A stretch of 64,000 bases of DNA, taken from positions 64,001 through 128,000 of the IMG/VR virus record IMGVR_UViG_3300020045_011333. The stretch is one strand, 5' to 3'. The notes under the pieces are model-generated. The model ran no database searches. It was given only the letters and a program-made list of their open reading frames with translations, and was not told the DNA's origin. This document shows, one piece after another, positions 34,764 through 44,190 of the stretch. This DNA is from a virus. Made by a program: the position numbers and the translations under genes. Position 1 is the stretch's first letter. The number at the start of each line of letters is the position of its first letter.

Positions 34764-35278
34764 TGTATATCTCCCGACAAAAAGATGAAATTACTATTGA
34801 GATTACGGCTGAAGAATTTAATATTATTGGCCCCACTAATGTAATGAATATTTTAAAGTTAAACGATCCTGCACCTAACCTAGCTTCAGGGACTACTAGA
34901 TCACCGTATTCAGCTAGAGATATCTTAGTAGGTGGTGGAAGTTCTATTACAGGTGATTTTTATAATAAAGATGAAGCTTCCCTAAAAGAGGGTGATTCAT
35001 TTATTCTTAATGGAAAAGAGGCTGTGGTGGGGCATGTTGGTCCCGAAGCTATTTTACCTTCTAAGAAGACGGTAAATGTAATTATAGAAAATAAAGAAAA
35101 TTCAGTTGATATTGATTGCCATCAAACAAGAAATTCCGATGGCTCTTTAGACATAAATATAATTTTAGAACAAATTAAAAAGGCTGTTGCTGACGATATT
35201 TCCAAAGGCGGTACTGGTTTAAATAAAGCTTTTAATAATCGTTATGGCTCTAATCCTCCAAGCCCAATAAAAAGATAA
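34763..35278 (+). CDS. protein whose C-terminal half is paralogous to the tape measure C-terminus
   Basis: GPEAILP...NSDGSLDINIILEQIKKAVADDISKGGTGLNKAFNNRYGSNP vs TMP GPEGILP...NSDGSLDINVILDQMKAAVAGDISKGGTGLNKAFESRYGANP. Confidence 0.85.
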   Translation: MYISRQKDEITIEITAEEFNIIGPTNVMNILKLNDPAPNLASGTTRSPYSARDILVGGGSSITGDFYNKDEASLKEGDSFILNGKEAVVGHVGPEAILPSKKTVNVIIENKENSVDIDCHQTRNSDGSLDINIILEQIKKAVADDISKGGTGLNKAFNNRYGSNPPSPIKR

Positions 35279-35292
35279 TAGGTTAATTTAAT

Positions 35293-37236
35293 ATGGCAAT
35301 TGTAGTACAAGACACGGGACAAGGTTTAATAAGGACTACTGTAGGCACAACTTTGTCTTGGAGTCACACTGTAAGTTCAGGTAGTGATAGAATTTTATGT
35401 GTTTCTATATTAATTAGTACTTCAGTCCCGAATCAAGTTGTTACAACTGTTTTGACATATGGTGGAGTTTATTTAACTAAAGTGGCAGAAATGATTAACA
35501 CAGGTTCCAGAATGGAATTTTGGCAGTTAATTAATCCCACTGTTGGTACAGCCACCCTTAGTTTATCAACGTCGAATAATTTTCTTAATATCTCTTCTCA
35601 TTCTTTTACATTAGTTAATGTGGCGCAACAAATACCTGAATTTGTGTCAAAAGCTACCAATGCTACCGGAACAACATCCACTCAAGGGATTACGACAACT
35701 ACAAATGCAGCGCTGACCATTGGTACTTTTGGTACTAATATTAATGCGACCCACACTGCAACAGAAGCTGGACAAAGTATTATTGCTACGTCAGCTACAA
35801 GTACATCAAAACAACACTCGGTTTCAACGCATTTTGGACCTACTCCGGGAGGCTTAGTTACAGATGGCTGGTCAAATTCTGTTAACTATACCCAAGCTGG
35901 ACAAATGCTTATTGTGTATCATGATGTTGCAAATGCCGGTGATACTTTATCTGGTGATATTCAAAAAAATATGGTGGGACAACGTACCCCCATCATTACG
36001 GGAACTAGTGGACCTGTAACTTGGAGCGCCTTGTTTACTGGACAAACGCCTGCATCAGTGGAAGCCAGAGTTAAAAATTCTTCTGGCACTACTATTGTAG
36101 ATTGGACGCCCACTACTTTAACTATTACTGGCAATTCACTTAAAATGAAGTTAAATTCTATTCCAGTAGGTAATACTTATACCGTAGATATACGGAGTAA
36201 AACATCTGGAGGAAGTGTTATTGCTACTAAAATAGGTTCTAATACTTTTGGTATTGGTAAAATTATTGCGGTTTATGGATCATCTGTTTCCGATTCTGCT
36301 TTTATTGACACTCCATACGATGCTAGCTCCTTACTTGTAAGCGTTTACCGACAAACAGGAACTTCTTGGACCATTGCTTCTGGTACTGGTATTGTAGCAT
36401 TAGGTAACGCAGAAATATTGAGTGAACCGGGTGTCCCCATTGCCTTTTTGAGGTGCGGTGTTGCTGGCATCGAAGCTGTCAATTTAGCGGCAAAGGTAAC
36501 GGCAACAGGATATCCAAATCTTCTTACCGCTATTGCAGCGGTGGGAGGTCTTAGAGAAGCTGATATAATCTCGATAGGTGCGCAAGATGCTCGGCTGAGT
36601 CACGTACCTTCTGTAGCTTCTCACTTAGCTAATTTACGACTTATTCGTTCTAATTTAGTGACTGATACAACGCAAACTAATGTACCATTATTTGTAATGG
36701 CTATGCAACGTGCGCCAGATGCTAGTGCTTTTGATCAAGGGTTTACATACGCCAGAGGTGCTGAGCTTCAATTCGGGGACGATTCTAATGTGACTATTGG
36801 TGCCACTACGATAGATTTAACTGTTGCGCCAGATAATGCAAACATTCTTATTGCCGATAGTAAAATAGCGTGGAAAAGACTTCAACTTAGAATGGCTAAA
36901 GTTCTACGAGGAGCTGTAATAGATTCTCAAGGGCCTAAACCTATTAGTGCTAACTACGATACTATTACAGGATTTTTAAAAATTACTTTTGATAGGAGAA
37001 ATGGTGATAGCTTAGTAGGCAAAACTTCTCAAACTGGAATTACAGGGTTTAGAGTTAGTAATGATAACTTTGCAACACTTTTAACAATAACCGAAGCTTT
37101 TGTTAGTAGTGTTAATACGGTTTCACTGAATATAGGTCCGGGAATATCTGGAACGATAGTATGGGATTATTTGGAAGGAGCTACACCAAATATAACAAAT
37201 TGTGTTGGAAATAATGCGATAGGCCCTACACCATAA
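35293..37236 (+). CDS. putative virion protein: beta-sandwich N-terminus + SGNH/carbohydrate-esterase-like domain
   Basis: GIGKIIAVYGSS, PIAFLRCGVAG and ISIGAQDA align with the SGNH blocks; Thr/Ser-rich Ig-like flanks. Confidence 0.55.
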   Translation: MAIVVQDTGQGLIRTTVGTTLSWSHTVSSGSDRILCVSILISTSVPNQVVTTVLTYGGVYLTKVAEMINTGSRMEFWQLINPTVGTATLSLSTSNNFLNISSHSFTLVNVAQQIPEFVSKATNATGTTSTQGITTTTNAALTIGTFGTNINATHTATEAGQSIIATSATSTSKQHSVSTHFGPTPGGLVTDGWSNSVNYTQAGQMLIVYHDVANAGDTLSGDIQKNMVGQRTPIITGTSGPVTWSALFTGQTPASVEARVKNSSGTTIVDWTPTTLTITGNSLKMKLNSIPVGNTYTVDIRSKTSGGSVIATKIGSNTFGIGKIIAVYGSSVSDSAFIDTPYDASSLLVSVYRQTGTSWTIASGTGIVALGNAEILSEPGVPIAFLRCGVAGIEAVNLAAKVTATGYPNLLTAIAAVGGLREADIISIGAQDARLSHVPSVASHLANLRLIRSNLVTDTTQTNVPLFVMAMQRAPDASAFDQGFTYARGAELQFGDDSNVTIGATTIDLTVAPDNANILIADSKIAWKRLQLRMAKVLRGAVIDSQGPKPISANYDTITGFLKITFDRRNGDSLVGKTSQTGITGFRVSNDNFATLLTITEAFVSSVNTVSLNIGPGISGTIVWDYLEGATPNITNCVGNNAIGPTP

Positions 37237-37270
37237 AGAAAACCCGCCTTTCGGCGGGTTCTTTTTATTT
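37235..37270. terminator. bidirectional intrinsic terminator between convergent arms
   Basis: AAAGAA-AACCCGCC-tttc-GGCGGGTT-CTTTTT; A-run on one side, T-run on the other. Confidence 0.9.
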
Positions 37271-37534
37271 ATTACCTACTAGGTCTGCTACATAGGCCTT
37301 AAAATCGTCATAGCCGCCCACCAGCTTACCATTCTTGAAAATGCGAGGGAAGGTTCGATGCCCCTCCCTCACAAACGCCTGACGTTCCTCATCAGTTACA
37401 ACCTTCTTAATTGAAACTGGAACGCCAAGGATATTGAAAAGCGTGACGGTTTTATCACAATATGAGCAACCATCTTTCCCAATCATGAAGTAGTTATTGC
37501 CGAATTTATCTTCATCGAATAGATCATCTGACAT
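37265..37534 (-). CDS. glutaredoxin
   Basis: KDGCSYC...RTFPRIF.NGKLVGGYDD; likely start MSDD (track start 37561). Confidence 0.9.
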   Translation of the reverse strand: MSDDLFDEDKFGNNYFMIGKDGCSYCDKTVTLFNILGVPVSIKKVVTDEERQAFVREGHRTFPRIFKNGKLVGGYDDFKAYVADLVGNK

Positions 37535-37550
37535 TTCATGTTCCTTTAAG

Positions 37551-39206
37551 TTAAGCTTCACAACTTACGCAAGCTACAAGATTTCGGTTAAGTTCTGCTA
37601 CGGGCGAAGTAGAACGTTGATAATAAAGTGTCTTAAGGCCCATATCATGAGCCGCAAGAGTAAGTGAATTAACATCTTTTACCGGCATGTTAGGATGAAT
37701 CATTAGATTAATTGACTGTGATTGATCTATATATTTTTGACGATCAGCGGCTTGTACAATAATCTCATATTGACTAATCTCTCCGAATGTTTTAAATACA
37801 TTTTTGTCATGCTCTGATAGAAAATCTAGATGTTGAACTGAACCTTCTTTCATTAGAATTGATAACCAAACTTCATCAGTATCTTTATTTAATTGAATTA
37901 AAAGTTTTTTGAGATAAGGATTTTTATAAGTAAAATCACCTTTAGCAAGTGCCTTAACATAATAGTTAGACTGTTCCGGCTCGATTGAAGGAGAAACTTG
38001 CCCGAGAATAAAAGAAGATGAGGTAGTTGGAGCAATGGCTTGTCGAACTGTGTTTCTTTCACCATACCCTTTTAGAACTTCGGGTTCCCCTAAAACAATA
38101 GCCATTTCTTTAGAAGCAATTAAAGTTTGTTCATCAATGAATTTTTGAATTTCAATATTATAAGCTTTAGCTTCAATAGATTCAAAAGCAATATGTCTTG
38201 ATTGAAGAAAAGAATGCCAACCTAAACGACCAATACCAATGGCCCTGTGTCTAACAGCAAAATTATAAGCTGACTTCATATGACGAATGTTTTTTACTTT
38301 TTCAATATATTCTGACATGACAGCATCAAGGAACCATGTCATATCTTGGACAAATATAGGATCGTTTCGCCATTCTAAGAAATGAAGATCATTTAAACTA
38401 AGCAAGCAGCAAACAAAAGATTCATCTTCACTAGAAGGCTCCATAATTTCTGTGCAAAGGTTGCTAGCCCAAATAGTCATGCCTTTATCTTTATAGACTT
38501 TAGGCTTATTATCATTTACGTTATCATGAAAAAAGATATAAGGAATACCAGTTTCGGCTCGATTTTTTAAAATCTTAGCCCAAATTTTACGTTTGTCTTT
38601 GTCTCCTGCCCTCATCTCCGCTAACCATGATGAGGGTACTGTAATTCCATAAAATAGGTCTTGAATAAAACTTCCTTCGCGCCTAAATTCTAACACCTCC
38701 TCAATATCTTTGTGCCAAATAGGCCAATAGAAGGCACCAGAACCTCTACGAACTTTATTTTGAGACACAAGGTTAATAGTGTTTTGAAAAGCTTGTGCAA
38801 AATGAGCCGAACCATCAGTGTTTCCACCACTTTTAATAGGTTCTCCGCGACCTCTAATTTCTCCCATATAGCCAGATACACCAGCGCCATATTTAGTCAT
38901 CATTGCAATTTCAGAAACTTTATCATAAATTTTTGCTGTATCATCTGAAATATACGAGCCATTACAACTAATAGGAAGATTAAAGCCATGACCAAAATTA
39001 GACCAAATAGGAGAGGCTAGAGAGCACCAACCTTTAAGGATGTAATCTTCTATCCTATCCGCTAAACCATCTCGCCCTGTGTACCTCTCAGAAGCTTTAG
39101 CAATAACTCTGATTCGTTCTTCTGCTGTCTGACCCGGAGCTAGATAATCTCTTGATAAAAATGTTCGAGAGTCCTTGTTGAGCCAATATCCTTTAGTTAA
39201 ATTCAT
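37551..39206 (-). CDS. nrdA: ribonucleotide reductase class Ia alpha subunit (no ATP cone)
   Basis: ISCN, SNLCTEI, CCLLSLN, AIAPTTSSS, DQSQSINL, LKTLYY, C-terminal CVSC. Confidence 0.95.
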   Translation of the reverse strand: MNLTKGYWLNKDSRTFLSRDYLAPGQTAEERIRVIAKASERYTGRDGLADRIEDYILKGWCSLASPIWSNFGHGFNLPISCNGSYISDDTAKIYDKVSEIAMMTKYGAGVSGYMGEIRGRGEPIKSGGNTDGSAHFAQAFQNTINLVSQNKVRRGSGAFYWPIWHKDIEEVLEFRREGSFIQDLFYGITVPSSWLAEMRAGDKDKRKIWAKILKNRAETGIPYIFFHDNVNDNKPKVYKDKGMTIWASNLCTEIMEPSSEDESFVCCLLSLNDLHFLEWRNDPIFVQDMTWFLDAVMSEYIEKVKNIRHMKSAYNFAVRHRAIGIGRLGWHSFLQSRHIAFESIEAKAYNIEIQKFIDEQTLIASKEMAIVLGEPEVLKGYGERNTVRQAIAPTTSSSFILGQVSPSIEPEQSNYYVKALAKGDFTYKNPYLKKLLIQLNKDTDEVWLSILMKEGSVQHLDFLSEHDKNVFKTFGEISQYEIIVQAADRQKYIDQSQSINLMIHPNMPVKDVNSLTLAAHDMGLKTLYYQRSTSPVAELNRNLVACVSCEA

Positions 39207-40114
39207 AGGGTTTCTTCTTTTTCTATTAATTGATTTATATTATTTCGTCTTGCATCCCAAGACTTTTTTACGGACAGTCTAATTTTTTCTTTAGTTTCTT
39301 CCGAAACTACACGGCCCTTAAGCCTTTTAATTAATTTTTCTTTTCTCTCTTCAGAAAGTTTAGTACCAAGTAAAGGAGAAGGCCTACCCTTTAAACTTTT
39401 TGAGATTCTTTCTTTTCTTTCATCAGGTATTGTTGTACCTTTAAGAGAGGAATGTTTCCCTTTATTTCCTAAAGAAATTTTTTCTTTGTGTTCGTCACTA
39501 AGAGGCCCAGTTTTTACACCTTTATTAACAGGAGAAACACCAATTCTATGTTTACCTAATTTTTCAATATGACTTTTGGATAATTTTCTCCCCGTGTTAG
39601 TTTTACTTATTTTATCTTTAGTCTCTTGTGATCTTTCTCTACCCTTTAGAGCTAAACTAATTTTTTCTTTTTGTTGTTCGGTTATAGGAGGTCTTACAGC
39701 TTCAGACATTCTTTTTATTTGTTCTAAACTTCTCTTTTTACCCCTATTTGAAGCAGCCATTTTTTCATATCTGTCTTTTTTATAATCTAAGCCCCCATGA
39801 TTTTTTATGGAGTTGCTTTTATTTAAAAATAATGGATTGTTTTTTGCATCAAAATATATTAATACTGATCTTTCCCATTCTAAGCATTCTTCTTTTGTTA
39901 GAAATGTTTTATCAATTTTTATTATATCTGGTTCACCAAATTGTTCTCTGAATTTTTTTACTTCTTTGGAGGATGAAAAGTAAATATTCCATAAGTCGTC
40001 AGGATGAGCGCCATTTTTGTACAATCCTTTATTAATAGCAAATCTAGATCCATAATAGATTTTTGAAAATTTTGTCCAGCCAATAAAATAACAATACGGA
40101 GTGTAAATTGTCAA
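39203..40114 (-). mobile_element. free-standing GIY-YIG-like homing endonuclease with NUMOD3 repeats between nrdB and nrdA
   Basis: YCYFIGW...YYGSR...YFSSSK; repeated KG..(R/L)S.E.K.KIS motifs; 4-nt overlaps with both neighbours. Confidence 0.85.
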
Positions 40115-41085
40115 AATAAATCTTCTTCTGAATAACTTTTATCGTTTTTAGAATAATACACAGGTTTATTAACAAAAAAATCTTGCTGATTGTATCCATA
40201 TTGAGCTTCGCGTGTCCAGAACGTTAGATCAATGAGTTCTTTATTAACTTCGAAGGGAGTATCAAAACCAATAGCTTTTAAGGATTCATTAAGTCGTTCT
40301 TTAATGTATTCTTTTAAAATTTCAGGGCTTAAATTATCATGACGATAATCACCAATAATCCAATCAATCAATTTAGATTCGGCTTTAAAAGCTTCCTGAA
40401 TTTCTTGAGTAATTTTTTCTATTAGTTCTTGATCAAACATTTCAGGATACTCTTGACGAAGAGTATTGATAATAGTAATACCAACTTTACTATGACTGTC
40501 TTCTTCTAGTCTTGTATAAGCTATCTGTTGTTTTGTATCAGGAAGAAGTTGTCTAAATTTATTAAACCAAAGAATAATATAAAATTGACTAAATAGAGAA
40601 ACATTCTCAACAAATAAAGTAAACAGAATAATAGAGTAAATATATTGTTTCCTATTATTGGAGTATACTTTTTTATTATGTTTACGAAGGTACTCAACCC
40701 TACCTTTAACTACAGGTTCTTTTAAATTTTCTTCAAATATGTTACCCATTTGTAGTACATCCAAGAGTTTTTCGTAAGCCAAGTTATGAATCACTTCGGA
40801 ATTTGCCATGGTGTAACCAAGATCAGAAATAGATGGATGAGGTAAATTTTCTCCAAGTTTAGCCCAAAAGGTCTTTATATTAATTTCCACTTGGCCAATA
40901 CAAGATAAAGTTCTAGAGACTATTTGACGCTCTTGATCTGTTAGTTCGGATTTAAATTGTCCGTAATCGGCTTTGAAATCAAATTCGTCTGGTGTCCATT
41001 GGGTATGCCAAAATGCCTTAATAAAATCTTTGGCCCACGGGTAGTTATCAGGTTTACGAGAAAGTTGTTCGTCAAATAGGCCCAT
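40111..41085 (-). CDS. nrdB: ribonucleotide reductase class Ia beta subunit
   Basis: W.P.EFDF, QVE...K.FW, NSEVIH..AY, FVENVSLFSQF, EE..H. Confidence 0.95.
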   Translation of the reverse strand: MGLFDEQLSRKPDNYPWAKDFIKAFWHTQWTPDEFDFKADYGQFKSELTDQERQIVSRTLSCIGQVEINIKTFWAKLGENLPHPSISDLGYTMANSEVIHNLAYEKLLDVLQMGNIFEENLKEPVVKGRVEYLRKHNKKVYSNNRKQYIYSIILFTLFVENVSLFSQFYIILWFNKFRQLLPDTKQQIAYTRLEEDSHSKVGITIINTLRQEYPEMFDQELIEKITQEIQEAFKAESKLIDWIIGDYRHDNLSPEILKEYIKERLNESLKAIGFDTPFEVNKELIDLTFWTREAQYGYNQQDFFVNKPVYYSKNDKSYSEEDLF

Positions 41086-41192
41086 GTAGTGTAATACTCA
41101 TAAATTTAGAGGATAAAAAATCAACAACAAAGCGGCTCACCGTTTTGAAGGATGCGAAAATAAAGTGTCGGGAACGACAATTGAAAGAGATA

Positions 41193-41221
41193 ATATTAGC
41201 ACAAAATTTTTAAAAAGTCAA
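41193..41221 (-). promoter_or_regulatory. sigma70-type promoter for nrdB-HEG-nrdA-grx
   Basis: Minus strand TTGACT-17 nt-TAATAT with TG. Confidence 0.7.
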
Positions 41222-41233
41222 GTTTAATTTAAC

Positions 41234-41530
41234 TTATGCCATAAGAAATAATCCCGCTTCCCTTATAAGTCGCTCACAAGATACAGGTACACCATCTAGT
41301 GTATAACCCACCCCTTTACGCTCTTTCATCCGCTTACCTAAAATGACTTGGCAGCGTTCCATGAGAGGAAGTCCGTCATGATTTCGAGGACGCTTTCGTC
41401 CTGTAGGCTTCTCGACTCTAGGATTTTTAGTGTCTTTCTTTTCCATTTCGTACTTTTTAAAAAGATCAACAATGTCTTGAGGCTTCATATAAAATTTTTG
41501 TTCTTCGTTTTCGCTCATCAGTTTCTCCAT
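41234..41530 (-). CDS. hypothetical protein
   Basis: 98-aa ORF in operon orientation. Confidence 0.6.
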   Translation of the reverse strand: MEKLMSENEEQKFYMKPQDIVDLFKKYEMEKKDTKNPRVEKPTGRKRPRNHDGLPLMERCQVILGKRMKERKGVGYTLDGVPVSCERLIREAGLFLMA

Positions 41531-41535
41531 AAGAC

Positions 41536-41563
41536 TAAAATAAGGCGCATGAAGCGCCTTATT
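41536..41563 (-). terminator. intrinsic terminator
   Basis: AATAAGGCGC-ttcat-GCGCCTTATT then TT on the minus strand. Confidence 0.7.
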
Positions 41564-41589
41564 GTTTTCCTTAAATTTAATATTAGCTT

Positions 41590-42099
41590 TTAGTAATTCT
41601 TTCCACCGTGCTTATAACCACGCTTCCGATTAACATCTAGCTTCTTTTGAATAATTTCCATAAATGGAATCTTATTCCAATTAACATATTGAATGATTTC
41701 ATCTAGGATAATGAAAGAGAAATCATTTAGACGTGTTCCGTACCACTTAGATAGAAGAAGATGAATTTCAGCAGCAAATTCTGAGAAATCTTTGTAATCT
41801 ACATAATAGGCAATTTCAGAATCAATAGCATACTTATTACCATTAGCCCCGTTCCAATCTAGAATACGAATGACTACATCAGCTAGTTCTACGTCTCGAC
41901 CTAGGTATTCTGTAAGCTTATCGTCGTTTAAATCCTTACGATCCGCCTCAAGAGCTTCTGATACTTCGCTATGAACCAGTGCAATATGTTGAGCAAAGCT
42001 GCGATTCTCTACACCCATATCCCAAAAACCATTTGCCTTATTAATTTCAAAAATCTCCGGCTGAAGTTTCATTAGGTCTTCAATTGTTACATTAATCAT
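41590..42099 (-). CDS. MazG-like nucleotide pyrophosphohydrolase
   Basis: IALVHSEVSEALEADRK...ELADVVIRILD...KL..NRKRGYKHGGK. Confidence 0.85.
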   Translation of the reverse strand: MINVTIEDLMKLQPEIFEINKANGFWDMGVENRSFAQHIALVHSEVSEALEADRKDLNDDKLTEYLGRDVELADVVIRILDWNGANGNKYAIDSEIAYYVDYKDFSEFAAEIHLLLSKWYGTRLNDFSFIILDEIIQYVNWNKIPFMEIIQKKLDVNRKRGYKHGGKNY

Positions 42100-42308
42100 T
42101 TTTTATTCTTCTCTTTTTTAATTTTTTCTACCCATTCAGCATCTGCTTTTAATTTATCAAGGGTAGGCTTCTCTTTGTTAATTTTGTAAAAAACTAAAGT
42201 TTCTGTCCCGCGAGGTACAATACTAATAATCTCATACTCTTTTTGATTTACCTCTTTTAGAAAAAGTCCAATATCCATATGACTGTTAAGAGTTTTGTAC
42301 TTGATCAT
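42096..42308 (-). CDS. hypothetical protein (start uncertain)
   Basis: Track ORF 42096-42404 overlaps the next gene; MIKYK start chosen from GGAAG RBS spacing. Confidence 0.5.
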   Translation of the reverse strand: MIKYKTLNSHMDIGLFLKEVNQKEYEIISIVPRGTETLVFYKINKEKPTLDKLKADAEWVEKIKKEKNKK

Positions 42309-42528
42309 TAGATTCATCTTCCAAGTTATTAAGTTCTTCAATAACTTCGCTGATGTATTCATTAATCTTTCCGGTACGAAATAGATAATGAATCGTGTAG
42401 CCATATAGTGTGGCCGAAGTTAGAGGAGATTGTTGATCTTCTTCTGATACATCATAGGTAACTTTGGTGTCTACGCGACCTTCAGCATCGCCCTCAACAT
42501 CAGTAATCGTAATTGTGGAAATTGACAT
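42286..42528 (-). CDS. hypothetical acidic protein
   Basis: 80-aa ORF, tightly packed. Confidence 0.6.
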   Translation of the reverse strand: MSISTITITDVEGDAEGRVDTKVTYDVSEEDQQSPLTSATLYGYTIHYLFRTGKINEYISEVIEELNNLEDESNDQVQNS

Positions 42529-42529
42529 A

Positions 42530-42748
42530 TTATTTTGTTTCGCTTTCTAGGAGTTTTAAATGTTTTCTAATATAACGCATAAAGAGCATAGCTTTATCTT
42601 GAGCTAAAAATGTTGCGCTACCTACGTCATTGATAGGAACAGGAAATAAAAATCCTGTTTCCGTTTCATACCAAAGTTCATTAGCTCTGTAGTATTTAAA
42701 TTTAACGGTTTTACCGCTAGATACCATTTCTTTAATGTCAATAGTCAT
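42530..42748 (-). CDS. conserved phage hypothetical protein
   Basis: VKFKYYRANELWY.TE.GFLFPVP...ATFLA.DKAMLFMRYIRK. Confidence 0.7.
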   Translation of the reverse strand: MTIDIKEMVSSGKTVKFKYYRANELWYETETGFLFPVPINDVGSATFLAQDKAMLFMRYIRKHLKLLESETK

Positions 42749-43605
42749 ACCTTCGGCCTTTCACAACTCACAGCCTCAAAACCATCATCAGCGATATAAA
42801 TTTCGAAATCGTTGAAGATGATTGGTGCTTTAACTTTCAGGATTCGAAGCATAGAAATAGCCAATGCTCTGATTTCTAAATCAGCACCTTCGCCACCACG
42901 AAGCGCACAAACATGTCTCGCGGTCCTCATATTCATGGTCCAAGTCAAACGAGTTTCAGCGGCGTTAGGAAGAACAGCACGTGCTGCTTCTAAGATACGC
43001 TTCTTTCTCATAGTAGCTAGTTTTAAGCCTAGTTCTGAATCTTGTCCCTCAGTTTCCCATTCCATTTGAGAAATTAAAGATTTGTAATTATTTAAAGATT
43101 CAATACAACTATTTTCGAAAGTTTCAAAGATTGTATTATCAGAATTTTCTACATTTGTCAAGCTCTTAATCAGCGGCGGAATAACAAAATTAACTTCTTT
43201 CGCATCAACATAGCGTTGACTCTCTTGAGATGGTGCTGCCCCTGCCCTGTGCCTGATTAGCTCATGCGTAAGACTTCTGCTAACCCCGGAAATTGCGAAT
43301 GATATGTTAGCATGTTCCAGTACGGAACCATGTTCCATTTCGATGATATTTGAGATATAAGCGTCACGTTTTCGTCCTTTTGTGAATGATCTATAGCAAT
43401 GCCTACCTGCGAATTCAGGAAGTGCATCTAGGGAAATATCTTCTTTACCTTCAACAATATCATGCCATAGAATACCTAAAGGTGTGCCTTCATCACTCAT
43501 GGCTTCAACAAGGCCATGTTCATCAGCCCAAGCCGATAGTCCCTCAGAATTAATAACAGTTTCAGCTACAACATGAACTGTAGGTTCATTTATAAATTTT
43601 GTCAT
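42745..43605 (-). CDS. thyX: flavin-dependent thymidylate synthase
   Basis: HGSVLEH, VSRSLTHELIRHR...SQESQRY, ARAVLPN.AET. Confidence 0.95.
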   Translation of the reverse strand: MTKFINEPTVHVVAETVINSEGLSAWADEHGLVEAMSDEGTPLGILWHDIVEGKEDISLDALPEFAGRHCYRSFTKGRKRDAYISNIIEMEHGSVLEHANISFAISGVSRSLTHELIRHRAGAAPSQESQRYVDAKEVNFVIPPLIKSLTNVENSDNTIFETFENSCIESLNNYKSLISQMEWETEGQDSELGLKLATMRKKRILEAARAVLPNAAETRLTWTMNMRTARHVCALRGGEGADLEIRALAISMLRILKVKAPIIFNDFEIYIADDGFEAVSCERPKV

Positions 43606-44189
43606 TTAAGTCTTTTTCCAAATTTTTGTTTTACAATATCAAGTACTTGTTTTTTTGTGTCTTCTATTTCAGCATTAATAATTTCATAATCTGCTTTAAG
43701 ACTTTCCATGTTTTTCTCAGATTCATGTTCGTCTAGATTGACAAAAGAAGGGCGACGAACTCGAATGAGTATTCCACCTTTTACTCTAATAGCTTCAGCC
43801 TCATCAGGGAATCTAACATCGCTAACTGTGATACGATCAAGGTCTTGTATTTTTCTAGTCCAACCATTGATCCAAAATTGTGAACCTATTTTTTCTCTGC
43901 CCCATTCTGTACCTAGAGTTTGCATAGCGTAACGAAATTCTTTGTTGCTGAAATAACGACTTTTGTGGTCTTTATACCAATCATCGGTATACATTTCAGG
44001 ATTAGTTACACCGTTATACTCCAACCAAGCCTTAAGCATCGCCTTCAATCCGCCAGCAAACGGAACATCAACGAACCCGTGTTCTTGTAGCGCACTAGCA
44101 CATACGTTCTTACCAGATCGTTTCCAACCACAAAAGCCCACTATTACTTTATCTTTGTATACTTCCCATTCAGATCGAGCAATTACCAT
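43602..44189 (-). CDS. deoxynucleoside monophosphate kinase
   Basis: GFCGWKRSGKN, FAGGLK, MQTLGTEWGR, VSDVRFPDEA, HESE. Confidence 0.9.
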   Translation of the reverse strand: MVIARSEWEVYKDKVIVGFCGWKRSGKNVCASALQEHGFVDVPFAGGLKAMLKAWLEYNGVTNPEMYTDDWYKDHKSRYFSNKEFRYAMQTLGTEWGREKIGSQFWINGWTRKIQDLDRITVSDVRFPDEAEAIRVKGGILIRVRRPSFVNLDEHESEKNMESLKADYEIINAEIEDTKKQVLDIVKQKFGKRLK

Positions 44190-44190
44190 A

